From Bdellovibrionota bacterium (GTDB lineage: Bacteria; Bdellovibrionota_C; UBA2361; JBGSMV01), in the NCBI GenBank assembly GCA_041739995.1, contig JBGSMV010000061.1, positions 42,102 to 106,101 on the forward strand: a DNA stretch of 64,000 nt. Direction: 5' to 3'. Below, in pieces: positions 9,311-19,561 of the stretch; within the stretch, counting starts at the first letter, position 1; the number at the start of each line of letters is the position of its first letter. A program made the position numbers and the translations under genes. The notes beneath the pieces were generated by a model. That model saw only the letters and a list, made by a program, of their open reading frames with translations, was not told the origin of the DNA and ran no database searches.

Positions 9311-11488
9311 TTAGTTATTATTGTGCGTGCGGGTACCGACTAACACCAGCTTCTGCCCCTGAGGTCCTTTCGGGCCGAGCGCGAGTTCTAACGGACCGAT
9401 GCCGAGTACCTTATCCTCAAGAGTAAAATTTACGGCTTCAGCGCTGAGATTGGCGAGTACCAGCGCGCCACTAAATTTCTGATCTTGGGTTGCCAGCGCA
9501 TCGGGGGGACTCAGAGCGAATCCTACCCAGGGCACCTCGAAAGCAGCTGTCGTGGTGGTTGAGCGGAGAGGGGTCATTCTAAGGTCATCACCGTACAAGG
9601 TTCGGAGTTTTCGGGCTTGTAGCAGCGAGAAGTGCACGTGCTCCCCAAACTCTGAGAAGATACCGCGCCAATCAATCGTGCTGGAATGTGCGAATGAAAT
9701 CATCTTTCCGTCTTCAGCGCAGGGCGACTTAAATTGCGCCTCCGTACCGGCGTATAAACAAAGCGGACCGGGCTGCAGAATAGTCAGAAACAGTGCGCCC
9801 CACACCCAGTCACCAAGTTCTCGCCACGGAGCGGGTCGATCGTGTTGTCCGACAAACGTGACGGTTCCAGCGCCTCCTCTTTGCCATTGAAGAAACTCCG
9901 CGCGCTGCAGGGCGAGGCCAATTCGCTCAGGATCTTGCGATTTGAGCGCTTGAAACCACCCCACATGTTCATGACCACCCCGCACTCGAATGTCGTCAAG
10001 GTTGTAGATCAAATCGATCCCAGCGGCTGAAAGGTGCTCAAATTCGACTGAGGTACCTCCTAGCACCTCTCCAAGTACCGCAACTGCCCGATTCTCTCGC
10101 TTCAGGTTCTCAGTGAGTTCGGCGAGGAATTCCTTGCTCGGAAGCTCGCAGGCAAGCTCATCACCCCAGCACGCGGAGAGGTTGGTGTGGAGAATATGGT
10201 GCGACATATCAATACGTAGGCCGTGGATGCCGTATTCGCGAACCAGATTCCGTGCCCAACCAATTACTCGTGAGCGAGTCTCGGGATTTGAGAGATCTAA
10301 TTGCAGAGTGTCAGAGAAGTAGTGTCGCCCAGAATAATCTTGGTAGCCTCCATGTCGAATCCAGAATCTTCCTTCTGTTGGGTGGTCAAGCTCATAATAG
10401 CCGGTGAGGTCGCTTGGTTCGTGACGCACATGCACATAAAGGGAAGGGTCTTCCCGCACAAGATCTGCATCTACTGAGGTGTGATTGGGGACAAATTCGA
10501 AGATTGTCCGAATGCCGTGGCGCTGGCCCGCGGCAATCACGCCCTTTACTTCCTCAAGTGATCCGAGTTCAGGATCGACTTCATAGCGGCGGATAGAAAA
10601 AGGGGACCCGCCTCCATCACCTTTGCAGTTCTCTTGCCCGCGTGGATAGGTGCCCATGACACGAAGAGCATTAAAGCCATAGTCCTTGAGCAATAGGAGA
10701 TCGCTTTCGGAGAGATCTCGAAACCATTGGGGCGAGCGGGCTTCATCACACTCCGAGGTCTCGGTTGCAAGCATCTCATCACCGTAGGCTGCTCTTCTTG
10801 CCGCCAGTGGTGTGGCAGAAGTGTAGGCATGATAGGCCCGCAGAGAGCGAGTCCATTGGGCTCCATCGTTCGCACGAAGTAACCCTTGCAGCTCGATTGT
10901 GGTCAATTCGGTGAGGTGCAGAAGCTGCCTAAGGCGCACATCATCTGGAGCTTTGCTGTCTTCTAGATCGCCTAAGGCGTGCAGAAGTGGGCGCAGCCAT
11001 GCAACAGGTCGCGCGAGATCACGTAGGTAATCTATATAGTGCGGAAGCAAAGCCTGGCTCGCTTCGTCACCATAACACTGCCGAAAGAACCGCTCTCCGA
11101 ACACAAAGCCCTCAAGTCCTGGGTTGTTGGCTTGCATGACTGGGTTGCCTTGGAGACGAAATATATAGGGCAAGGTCTGGAGGCTGGAGCTTGCACGTGA
11201 ATCTGCGGGCCCGTGGCCGATTGATAGGACTGTTCGAAGTTCGGCAAGCAAGGCCAGGGGAGCGGCGGCCTCAATCCAAGTGCTTTGTTGTGTCAGTAAT
11301 TCGGAAACCCTCGTGCCAGCAGGGTCTTTCGGGAATTGTAGGTTGTTAAACGCGAAGATTTGCGAAGCAGCGAAGCGTTGGAGCGCATCATTGGTTGATG
11401 GTTGGGAGAGGCCCGAAACACCAGGGGGCACTGAGAGCGAAAGTCGCGGTCCTTGGTCAGATCCCTGATTATGGTAAATATCAGTCAT
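9311..11488 (-). CDS. Alpha-amylase family (GH13) glycosidase
   Basis: GSPFSI..Y, FVPNHTS, GLRIDMSH (nucleophile D), LGEV (acid/base E), FVGQHD. Confidence 0.85.
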   Translation of the reverse strand: MTDIYHNQGSDQGPRLSLSVPPGVSGLSQPSTNDALQRFAASQIFAFNNLQFPKDPAGTRVSELLTQQSTWIEAAAPLALLAELRTVLSIGHGPADSRASSSLQTLPYIFRLQGNPVMQANNPGLEGFVFGERFFRQCYGDEASQALLPHYIDYLRDLARPVAWLRPLLHALGDLEDSKAPDDVRLRQLLHLTELTTIELQGLLRANDGAQWTRSLRAYHAYTSATPLAARRAAYGDEMLATETSECDEARSPQWFRDLSESDLLLLKDYGFNALRVMGTYPRGQENCKGDGGGSPFSIRRYEVDPELGSLEEVKGVIAAGQRHGIRTIFEFVPNHTSVDADLVREDPSLYVHVRHEPSDLTGYYELDHPTEGRFWIRHGGYQDYSGRHYFSDTLQLDLSNPETRSRVIGWARNLVREYGIHGLRIDMSHHILHTNLSACWGDELACELPSKEFLAELTENLKRENRAVAVLGEVLGGTSVEFEHLSAAGIDLIYNLDDIRVRGGHEHVGWFQALKSQDPERIGLALQRAEFLQWQRGGAGTVTFVGQHDRPAPWRELGDWVWGALFLTILQPGPLCLYAGTEAQFKSPCAEDGKMISFAHSSTIDWRGIFSEFGEHVHFSLLQARKLRTLYGDDLRMTPLRSTTTTAAFEVPWVGFALSPPDALATQDQKFSGALVLANLSAEAVNFTLEDKVLGIGPLELALGPKGPQGQKLVLVGTRTHNNN

Positions 11489-11786
11489 CTAGGGGTGCAT
11501 CAAAATAGGATAGAGTCACAGCCTCTATGAACGTAGCGAGCTCTCGCAATCTAACCAAGACGTAATCTATCAGACGGGAGGCCCAGACCGGGCACGCAGC
11601 TGGAAAGGGTATGCGAGAGCTTCTTTTTCGTTAGTAGCTCGTATCGATTGCCTTTTAGGCCCAGCTCGATAGTATCCGCTGCGATACCCAGCGCAGCGAG
11701 TGGCTGCGAGGTAAAGTGCTCCCCGGAGAACTTGGTGTCGAGTCTCCAGAGCATCACAAGAATATTTCAAAAGATCGGAGTTGATT

Positions 11787-11921
11787 ATGGGAAAAGGGGA
11801 CGGAAGATCTCGTAAGGGAAAAATCTTCAAGAAGAGCTTTGGAAAAACTAGACGGCCGGCAAAGAACCGAGCGGTTACTGCAGCCAAGGCTGCAGCCAGC
11901 ACCGGAAAAAAATCTAAGTAA
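11787..11921 (+). CDS. 30S ribosomal protein Thx (bS31/bTHX family), 44 aa; absent from the ORF track
   Basis: MGKGDGRSRKGKIFKKSFGKTRRPAKNRAVTAAKAAASTGKKSK fits the MGKGD.(R/K)(T/S).(R/K)GKI...(S/T)(Y/F)GK.R signature; GGAG RBS at 11777. Confidence 0.88.
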   Translation: MGKGDGRSRKGKIFKKSFGKTRRPAKNRAVTAAKAAASTGKKSK

Positions 11922-11972
11922 TAACCGATCGAACGCGGTAGCGGAAAACCCACCGAATAGGTCGCTGGGAAG

Positions 11973-13439
11973 TTATCCGAGGCGCAGTAGATCCGTGAGG
12001 GTAATAGCGAGCGCACGTAAGTGCAGCTGGTGCTGTTGTTCCGAGCCTGAAAATACTAATTCTGGAATCTCCAGATAGAGCACCCCTACGCGCTGAGAGT
12101 ACCCAAACACCGCGCCAAGTAGGGCGATAGAACTTTCCTCCACGTGAATGCCTGTCTTGGAGATGGGCTCATCGCTCTTATAAGTCATTGCAACAAAGTC
12201 AGAGTTCTCAGAGAGCTCAAGCGAGACCGCTTCGAAGGCTCTAGCTTTGATCACTCCTATCTGCAACTGAGGAGTAAGTGAGAGCGTTGACGGGTCGACG
12301 GTGTATACGGCACCGCCTGAAAATCCTGAGTTGGGAACTGTAACCTGCGAAAATTTTCGAAGCAGCGCCTGAGTCGACTGACCTTCTGCGAGACCATGAT
12401 ACAGTTCCAATATGCGCTCTTGGACGTGCAATCGGCAGGCTTTAAGCAACGGATTGTGAGCACCCATCTGATCTTCGCGGTGTCGCGCAAGGAATGCTTC
12501 CGGGTCAAGAATCGTCCCACCTCGGAAGAATGAGGGCATGTCAACCATGAGGTGCTCAAAGCGATTCTCTATCGCTTCGCGAATAGTGGCGAGTCCCGCG
12601 GGCCCTAAGCGTTTGGTAATTTCTTGTCTCGCAAACTCCCAGTCTGCTTGAGCGGTAGGGTAGGTCGACGGTTCATTTGCCCGAGAAAGCGCTTCGCCGA
12701 CACGACACAATTCGCGAAGAGAATTTCCGAGTGCGTTGACCTCCATCTCCCGTTCAAGTTCTTCATGTTCATTGCCACCATCACTGAGCAAGGAGCAAAG
12801 CCCCGTCGGGAGTTCCCACTGTTTGGCAAGAGCTCCGGCCAGCGTGGCGGGAGAAAATCCTAAAATGTCCGATATGGCTTGATCGAGAGATGTTCCTTCC
12901 TTCGCCGCGCGAGTAGCGCGTTGGTAGACCCCTGGGTAGTTGAACGCAATCAGCGTAAGCCCAAGTTGGCGCAAGAGCCCTGCAAAAAATCCTAACTCTT
13001 TGTTTTCCAGCTGTGCCTCAGCGAGCGTGGCCGAAGCGCTGGCGCTTACCATGGCCTCTCTCATGCGGCTTAGTTGCTCGGTTTCGACGTTGTCGAGGCG
13101 ATGAGCTGATAGCTTCTCTTCAGCGTCATTGAGAATTGCTTTTAGTCCGTCCACGCCGGCTTTCTCTAGAATCTCGCGAGGACTTGCAAAGTCAGGGAGG
13201 GCGATGCCTTCGGCGCTTACCATTCGCAGCACTTCTTTCATGGCGAACATAAACAGAGAGAAGTCTCCCTCGAGAATATCCAGCGCAGCATCGAGCGGAG
13301 CTTCACGGCTGTCGTCTGAAAGAACATCGCGAAGCTCTGAGAGCATGCGTGGGTTTGCAGGAAACCACAGGTCGCTGACATGACGGCAGGCGCGATCAAT
13401 ACGCCGTGCAACGCCGGTTTGAGGAGTGATTTCCTTCAT
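11973..13439 (-). CDS. HDOD-domain signalling protein with GAF-like C-terminus
   Basis: F.AGLL.QLG.T.I....P..Y and LA..WELP HDOD-like motifs; VGVLYLE at the C-terminus. Confidence 0.65.
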   Translation of the reverse strand: MKEITPQTGVARRIDRACRHVSDLWFPANPRMLSELRDVLSDDSREAPLDAALDILEGDFSLFMFAMKEVLRMVSAEGIALPDFASPREILEKAGVDGLKAILNDAEEKLSAHRLDNVETEQLSRMREAMVSASASATLAEAQLENKELGFFAGLLRQLGLTLIAFNYPGVYQRATRAAKEGTSLDQAISDILGFSPATLAGALAKQWELPTGLCSLLSDGGNEHEELEREMEVNALGNSLRELCRVGEALSRANEPSTYPTAQADWEFARQEITKRLGPAGLATIREAIENRFEHLMVDMPSFFRGGTILDPEAFLARHREDQMGAHNPLLKACRLHVQERILELYHGLAEGQSTQALLRKFSQVTVPNSGFSGGAVYTVDPSTLSLTPQLQIGVIKARAFEAVSLELSENSDFVAMTYKSDEPISKTGIHVEESSIALLGAVFGYSQRVGVLYLEIPELVFSGSEQQHQLHLRALAITLTDLLRLG

Positions 13440-13652
13440 ACATGAGTTCTCGGCACAATCGCGCTGGAGGTAAACATCATTCGCAATATGTAACTGTTTG
13501 AGATAACTTACTTTTAGTGATATCTGTGAACCATTTTCCGAAATTTGCTTAGATGTTACCCGCGCCCGTCTGAGAGCGCTCGCGGAGAATTTGCGAGGAC
13601 TCGGCTTTTATCTCAGTGTCGTTTTTTAAGGCCGTTTTTTAAGGAGTGTCGA

Positions 13653-14216
13653 GTGAAGATTAAGCTACGTTCATTTGGATTGGTTCTTTTGGGACTTTGC
13701 GTATTTTCGGGAGTTGTCTGCTCAGAAGTTGCCTGGAGTGACTCTCGCGAGGTCAGAGATCAGATTTTCGAGGCCATTGAGCACGAGGCGGACTTCGGAG
13801 CTTACGAGCTTGAGGTGGAAGTTAGGCAGGGAAACGTTATCCTCCTCGGTACGGTGGCTTCGGATGAAGCGCGTAATCGGCTCGAGAAAATTTCAGTAAA
13901 TATTCCCGGAGTAAAGTCGGTCTCTAATCAAGTGCAAGTGAATTCAAACTTGAATCTTCACTCGGGACCTTCTTCGATGGAGTTGGCAGAGCGGGTGCGT
14001 GAGCGTGTTCTTGCGGAACAGAAGCTCTCGTCTTTTGAGCTGAGTGTTAACGCCAAGGGAGATCGTATTACCTTGAGTGGCTCAGTTGGAAGTAGCGAAG
14101 ATGCGGCGCTGATCGCGCGCATCGCGGCCTCCGTCCCTGGTGTGAGTGACGTCTCCAATAAGTTGGTGGTATCGGGTAATCTGCGCGGCTCCACTAAGAC
14201 GAGCGGTTCGGATTAG
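13653..14216 (+). CDS. Secreted dual-BON domain protein (OsmY-like)
   Basis: Two V..G.V.L.G.V...(I/V)PGV..V.N.L.V repeats; signal peptide; AAGGAG RBS before the GTG. Confidence 0.85.
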   Translation: MKIKLRSFGLVLLGLCVFSGVVCSEVAWSDSREVRDQIFEAIEHEADFGAYELEVEVRQGNVILLGTVASDEARNRLEKISVNIPGVKSVSNQVQVNSNLNLHSGPSSMELAERVRERVLAEQKLSSFELSVNAKGDRITLSGSVGSSEDAALIARIAASVPGVSDVSNKLVVSGNLRGSTKTSGSD

Positions 14217-14283
14217 GCCTTGAGCGAATTATGGAGGCGCTTGGGAGAGAAGTGTCTAATTTCATTTTGCGGACATATCACTG

Positions 14284-15273
14284 ATGCGAATTCTTGTTAC
14301 AGGTGGGGCCGGGTACATCGGTAGTCATACGGTGCGTGTTCTGTGCAACCGAGGACATCAAGTAACCGTGCTTGATAATCTAAGTGCTGGACATAAGGCT
14401 GCGGTTGACCCGCGCGCTACTTTCGTGAAAGCAGACATTGCGGAGCGCGAAAAGGTATCTGCACTGCTGACGAAGTCTCAAATTGAAGGGGTAATTCATT
14501 TTGCGGCCTCGCTTAGTGTGGCCGAATCGGTGCGCGATCCACTTAAGTACTGGAGAAATAACGTGGCAGGTACTGTGGAGCTGCTTGCTGCCATGGGTGA
14601 CGCATCAGTTAAGCGCCTGGTTTTCTCTTCGACAGCGGCCACCTATGGCACGCCTGACGTACCCAGTATTTCCGAGGAGACCCCACAGTCTCCGATCAAT
14701 CCTTATGGACACTCAAAGCTTGCGATGGAGCGATCGATTCAAGATACGGTTATCGCGCATCAGCTCGGAGCTATATCTTTGCGCTATTTCAATGCGGCGG
14801 GTGCCGCGGCTGACGGTTCTCTCGGAGAAGATCATCGGCCTGAAGAGCACCTTATTCCAGTGATATTGGAAGTAGCTCTTAAGAAGCGAGAGCATATCAA
14901 AATCTTCGGCACCGATTTTCCTACCGCTGACGGTACCTGTGTGCGCGATTTTATTCACGTTGATGATCTTGCTGAGGCGCACGTGCTTGCGCTTGAGGCC
15001 ACCTCGCCTGGGAAATATAGAGCTTACAATGTGGCCACGGGGATTGGACACTCGGTTCGTGAGGTCATCGAAGAGGCTCGTCGCGTGACGGGGCTTCCTA
15101 TTGCCAGCATCGATGCGCCGCGCAGGGAAGGAGATCCTCCGGTGCTGGTTGCGAATTCGCAGAGGTTGATGAGCGAGCTGGGGTGGAAGCCGCAATTGGC
15201 TGAGCTTTCGCACATTATAGAAACTGCGTGGCGTTGGATGCAGCAGCATCCTCAGGGATACGAGCCCACTTAG
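14284..15273 (+). CDS. galE: UDP-glucose 4-epimerase
   Basis: VTGGAGYIGSH, FSSTAA.YG, PYG.SK, LRYFNAAGA, DGTCVRDFIHV. Confidence 0.95.
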   Translation: MRILVTGGAGYIGSHTVRVLCNRGHQVTVLDNLSAGHKAAVDPRATFVKADIAEREKVSALLTKSQIEGVIHFAASLSVAESVRDPLKYWRNNVAGTVELLAAMGDASVKRLVFSSTAATYGTPDVPSISEETPQSPINPYGHSKLAMERSIQDTVIAHQLGAISLRYFNAAGAAADGSLGEDHRPEEHLIPVILEVALKKREHIKIFGTDFPTADGTCVRDFIHVDDLAEAHVLALEATSPGKYRAYNVATGIGHSVREVIEEARRVTGLPIASIDAPRREGDPPVLVANSQRLMSELGWKPQLAELSHIIETAWRWMQQHPQGYEPT

Positions 15274-15425
15274 TGTCCTGAATGATGAGTTCGATGACTA
15301 AATCTCGCTGCGCTCGCTGATCTCTTTGTGAATATTTAATTTGACAATGAGTTCAGCGAGAATGGCGAGATGGATGCTCAAATGAGCTTCCCAGGATATT
15401 AGATTAGCTTTTAAGAAGTGGTGGT

Positions 15426-16325
15426 ATGGCGGACTTGCTGTGGGGGATTGACCTCGGCGGAACCAAGATAGAAGGAGTAGTGACCTCCCGTGAATCACCC
15501 ACCAGTCCTCTTGTGCGGCTGCGGGTTCCGACCGAATCAGATCGCGGTTATCAGCATGTACTCTCGCAAGTTCGTGGCTTGCTGGAGTCCATGGCCCAAG
15601 CTGTTGGTAGTCGACCAAAAGTAGTGGGTTTTGGTACTCCAGGAACAGTCGACCCTCAGAGTAAAACCTTAAAGAACTCAAATACACTTTGCTTGAATAA
15701 GATGCCGCTCGGCGCCGATCTCTCCACCGCACTTGGTGTGGACGTGCGAATTTCAAACGACGCGAACTGTTTTGCTCTGGCCGAGGCGCAGTGGGGAGCC
15801 GGGAAGGGCGCGCAGGTGGTGTTTGGAGTCATTCTTGGCACCGGGGTCGGAGGGGGAATCGTCGTCGACGGCCGTGTGTGGGGAGGGGCTCAAGGTAACG
15901 GCGGAGAGTGGGGGCACAATGTGCTTATCGAAGGGGGAACTCCCTGTTACTGCGGGAAGGCAGGATGCGTGGAAGGCGTTATTTCTGGTCCGGCCTTGGA
16001 GACCTGGTATGCGGAGCGTTCGGGAGAACGACGATCGCTTAACGAGATCTTTCAGAGAGCGGAGGAGGGAAGCGACGCGGCGGCTCAGCAGACGCGGCAG
16101 CGTCTATGTAGTGAGTTTGGGCGCGCTATATCTGTGGTAATCAATATTCTTGATCCCGAAGTAATTGTGCTTGGCGGCGGAGTAAGTCGAGTGAGTGATT
16201 TATACGTGGCTGGAATTGAGTCCGCAAAGAAGTACGTGTTCAATGATCGCTTTGATACAAAAATCGTACAGCACGAACTGGGCGACAGTGCTGGGGTGTA
16301 TGGTGCGGCGGCGCTTTCGCAGTAG
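15426..16325 (+). CDS. ROK family sugar kinase (fructokinase/Mak-like)
   Basis: GIDLGGTKIE, NDANCFALAE, GTGVGGG, GEWGH, CYCG..GC.E. Confidence 0.9.
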   Translation: MADLLWGIDLGGTKIEGVVTSRESPTSPLVRLRVPTESDRGYQHVLSQVRGLLESMAQAVGSRPKVVGFGTPGTVDPQSKTLKNSNTLCLNKMPLGADLSTALGVDVRISNDANCFALAEAQWGAGKGAQVVFGVILGTGVGGGIVVDGRVWGGAQGNGGEWGHNVLIEGGTPCYCGKAGCVEGVISGPALETWYAERSGERRSLNEIFQRAEEGSDAAAQQTRQRLCSEFGRAISVVINILDPEVIVLGGGVSRVSDLYVAGIESAKKYVFNDRFDTKIVQHELGDSAGVYGAAALSQ

Positions 16326-16501
16326 GGCACTCAATCGGCGCAGGCAATCGCTAACTTACTGTAATTCATTGCAATTATGGCACGCGCGCGACGAAACCAC
16401 AGAACCATAGTGGCGAGAAATGCTGTTTTGAATTACGGAGTCAGGACAGGTAGGCTGCACCGCACCTTCAGCCTGAGGGCGTTTTGTAGTTGTTGTATCT
16501 T

Positions 16502-18301
16502 ATGCCGACCCCACAGGAAGAGTCTCTCCCGTTAGATCCTGGCAGGACCCCACCTCCATCTGAGGTGATTCCTCCTGATCCAGGGCTTGGCGCCGACGCC
16601 GAGCCGCCGGAGCCTGGTGAAGTTGGATTCCATGCCGGGCCACTTTCGCAGTACTCATTTAGTCTGCCGCCTGGGGTGCAAACTCCTTTACGACAAGATG
16701 AGCTCGGGCAGGCACTTTTCTTTGAGCGCTGTCGAGCTCTTGGCGAAATTGAGCTGAACGGTGACGCAGTACATACGCTCGCGAAGCGCTACGAGCCAGT
16801 AGTGCGAGCGCATTATCTCGCAGCTTACTTAGAGGCGGGCGAGGCAGATCGCTTCGATGTTAGGGTTCGCGCAGCTTCTACCAGTGAGGAAGGATTAACC
16901 ACGTTGCTAGTTACTTTTGAGGATACTGACACAGGCAATTTCGTGCTGCCGCGACGGACTTCAGTCAGCAGCCCCGAGGGAAAGAGTTGGACTTGTGAGG
17001 TGGAAGGGGGTTCTTCTTTTTTTCAAGGTATTCTCCTGACTCATGTGGGGAGGCGCCAACTCGATGACGACAAAGTTACTATTCGATTTCGAGAGAGCTA
17101 TCTCTGCCCAAGTTTCTTGGTGAGCGCTGAACTTGCGAGGTTGTCTTGGGGCGATTGGCGCAGCCCATTCTCAAGCGAGTTTGAGGATGTTCTATCCGGA
17201 TATGGGCATTCGCTTAAGGAGGTAGTGCGAGTCAAGACTGCTGCAGATCCAATGTTCTCCCCGACCTTCATGCGATATCTGCTGGCAACAGATGATAGCG
17301 TCTTTTTCATTGGTCTTGGTGACATGAACGGTGTGGGTGTGGTGCGCACCGAGTTCGGTTTTCAGTTTAAAAGACCGCTTGTCGGTGTTCTCCAGATCGC
17401 GCCGCGACCTAATGGCAAATCAGAAAGTATTGTTTCGGTAATTAGCGATATTTCTGAGGCAGACGGCGATGTGGCTCTAGAGTCGACAGAGAGCCAGGAT
17501 CAATATCATCTGAGTAATTTGGTTCAATTGTTGAAAGAAGAGCTTCAACACAGAGTCGGCAAAGGGCTTTGGAAGGATGATTGGAAGTTGGATGTCCATG
17601 AGCCAAGAGTTACTCCTTCTGGAGCGATTCGGTTGGCAGTGTCTATCGAAGATTCAAATGGACGCTATCAGTTGCCATGGCTGGGTGAACAGGCGGTCGG
17701 CCGCGTGCTGGAAAGCGAGAGCTTTATTGGCATCGGAGTTGAAATGAAGCTGCCTGAAAGTCTTCTGCCGTCAATAGCTGAGACTGTCTCTGATTCCGAC
17801 CAAGAGCCGTCGGGGGCGGTAGACATCAACATTAGTCATGCGTACCTCACACAGCAGCTGATGGATAATGAAGTGTCTCGTCTTTCGCACCGGCAAGTAA
17901 CTCCGCTTCCTAAGGGAGCAGATGCGGAAATCATTGTCGCAGAATCTCCTTCAGACTTAGCAAGGAGCAGCGTGTTGTTCCCTGAGCTCCAGCGAGCGAT
18001 TGGTAAGGACCTGATAGGGATGGGCTCCGTTGCCCCAGCGCAGCTTGCGGCACTTAGGTTGAAAAACATTCTAGTGGGGCATGATAGAAAAGTTCCAGTG
18101 GCTGGAATAGTCGACGTTGACTACTACCTGGTGCATGTAGAGCATCAGTGGGGCACGCATATCGTGCGATTTTCGCGCATCGATGAGTTGGGCTGCGTGC
18201 CGTTTAAGGATGCGACCACTATAGTCGGTTTCTTCCCTCGCGAATTGAACTGCTGTCGGGATCTCTCTGGCGGGGGCGAAGACGAGGAAGCCACAGTATA
18301 G
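16502..18301 (+). CDS. Hypothetical protein with apparent internal duplication
   Basis: ORF of about 600 aa with a Pro-rich N-terminus and two weakly similar halves. Confidence 0.7.
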   Translation: MPTPQEESLPLDPGRTPPPSEVIPPDPGLGADAEPPEPGEVGFHAGPLSQYSFSLPPGVQTPLRQDELGQALFFERCRALGEIELNGDAVHTLAKRYEPVVRAHYLAAYLEAGEADRFDVRVRAASTSEEGLTTLLVTFEDTDTGNFVLPRRTSVSSPEGKSWTCEVEGGSSFFQGILLTHVGRRQLDDDKVTIRFRESYLCPSFLVSAELARLSWGDWRSPFSSEFEDVLSGYGHSLKEVVRVKTAADPMFSPTFMRYLLATDDSVFFIGLGDMNGVGVVRTEFGFQFKRPLVGVLQIAPRPNGKSESIVSVISDISEADGDVALESTESQDQYHLSNLVQLLKEELQHRVGKGLWKDDWKLDVHEPRVTPSGAIRLAVSIEDSNGRYQLPWLGEQAVGRVLESESFIGIGVEMKLPESLLPSIAETVSDSDQEPSGAVDINISHAYLTQQLMDNEVSRLSHRQVTPLPKGADAEIIVAESPSDLARSSVLFPELQRAIGKDLIGMGSVAPAQLAALRLKNILVGHDRKVPVAGIVDVDYYLVHVEHQWGTHIVRFSRIDELGCVPFKDATTIVGFFPRELNCCRDLSGGGEDEEATV

Positions 18302-18379
18302 CGCCACTATACCAACCCTACATATCAAGAACTCCGCCGTATCAAGAAGTGGTCACACAAGAGACAGTGGCGAGGCGCC

Positions 18380-19348
18380 TTACTCCTTCGGGTCGCGACT
18401 TCCGGCGATCAACTGGGTGATTTTTGAAAACCCTTCTGGGAGCGATCGCATAATATCGAGTAGCTCTATCGGGAAGAATACCACCGTATTCGACGAAGCG
18501 CTGCCGAGACCGTCAATGGTTTGTAGAGTGCGAAGCTTCATGGCGCCGGGACTATTCGTCATTGTCGCTGCAGCGTCAGAAAGATTAAGCGCCGCGAGCT
18601 TGTCACCTTCTGCTTTGGTGATGGTGGCGCGCTTTTCTCGTTCCGCGCTGGCCTGCCGACTCATCATGCGCTTAAGATCTTCAGGCACATCGACATCAAG
18701 CAATCGAACTGAGTCGACGTGAATACCTATCTCCTGAACGCGTTCTTCAAGGATATTTCCGACTGCGATCTGAATCTGTTCTCGCTCAGCGAGAAGCTCG
18801 TCAAGCTGCAATCCACCGACGACGTCTCTGAGCGCGGCTTGGGCATACTGAGAGGTCGCAAAGCGATAATCTTGAACTTCAACCAGAGCGCGCCCGGGGT
18901 CAGTGACCTGGAAAAACAGGGCACCATCAATCTGCACTGGGACGTTGTCTTTGGTGATGGCACGCTGCGCGGGGATCTCTAAGGCAAGCAGGCGAGTATC
19001 GACGAATAGCGCGCTTTCGAGGCCGGGAATGACGTAGAACATTCCAGGACCGCGCGTCCCTACGTATTTACCGAGACGAAGTACCACGCCCTTCTCCCAC
19101 TGTGCGGCGACGCGGATACCAGGGACAAATACCGATACGAAGACGATTGAGAGCACCAACATGATCAGCCCACGCGGGTTGCTCCAGCTGATGCCATAAA
19201 AATGTTCGACGGCAAAAAATACAAATACTGAGAAGAGCACCCAAGCGATGGTGCGGATGGGGGCGCCGAGCGAAACGTGCTGGTTCTCCTGAGTTTCTAT
19301 TCCCGCCGGCAGATTTGGAGTTGGATGGACGGAGGAGATTTGGTTCAT
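18380..19348 (-). CDS. SPFH/band-7 (stomatin/slipin) membrane protein
   Basis: QWEKGVVLRLG, ITKDNVPV, QASAERE.RA.I..AEG, LRTLQT. Confidence 0.92.
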   Translation of the reverse strand: MNQISSVHPTPNLPAGIETQENQHVSLGAPIRTIAWVLFSVFVFFAVEHFYGISWSNPRGLIMLVLSIVFVSVFVPGIRVAAQWEKGVVLRLGKYVGTRGPGMFYVIPGLESALFVDTRLLALEIPAQRAITKDNVPVQIDGALFFQVTDPGRALVEVQDYRFATSQYAQAALRDVVGGLQLDELLAEREQIQIAVGNILEERVQEIGIHVDSVRLLDVDVPEDLKRMMSRQASAEREKRATITKAEGDKLAALNLSDAAATMTNSPGAMKLRTLQTIDGLGSASSNTVVFFPIELLDIMRSLPEGFSKITQLIAGSRDPKE

Positions 19349-19561
19349 TTTGGTGGCTCCTAGGTAGTCTTGGCGCGGGGTCGTTTCGCTTACGGACCGC
19401 ATCCTAAGCGGCCGTAACGACGTCGTTTTCGGCTGCTATCTTGAGGATAGCGGATTCATGGCCTTACTCAAGGACACAAATTTATAAGGGCTGGTAGTCG
19501 CCAATGAGCCTAGAGGAGCGCTTCGGAGGCGATGCTATCGATCGGCTGCGAACACCTAGGG

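Noticed and set aside
11570..12016. 148-aa minus-strand ORF
   Set aside because: Antisense shadow of the Thx gene.
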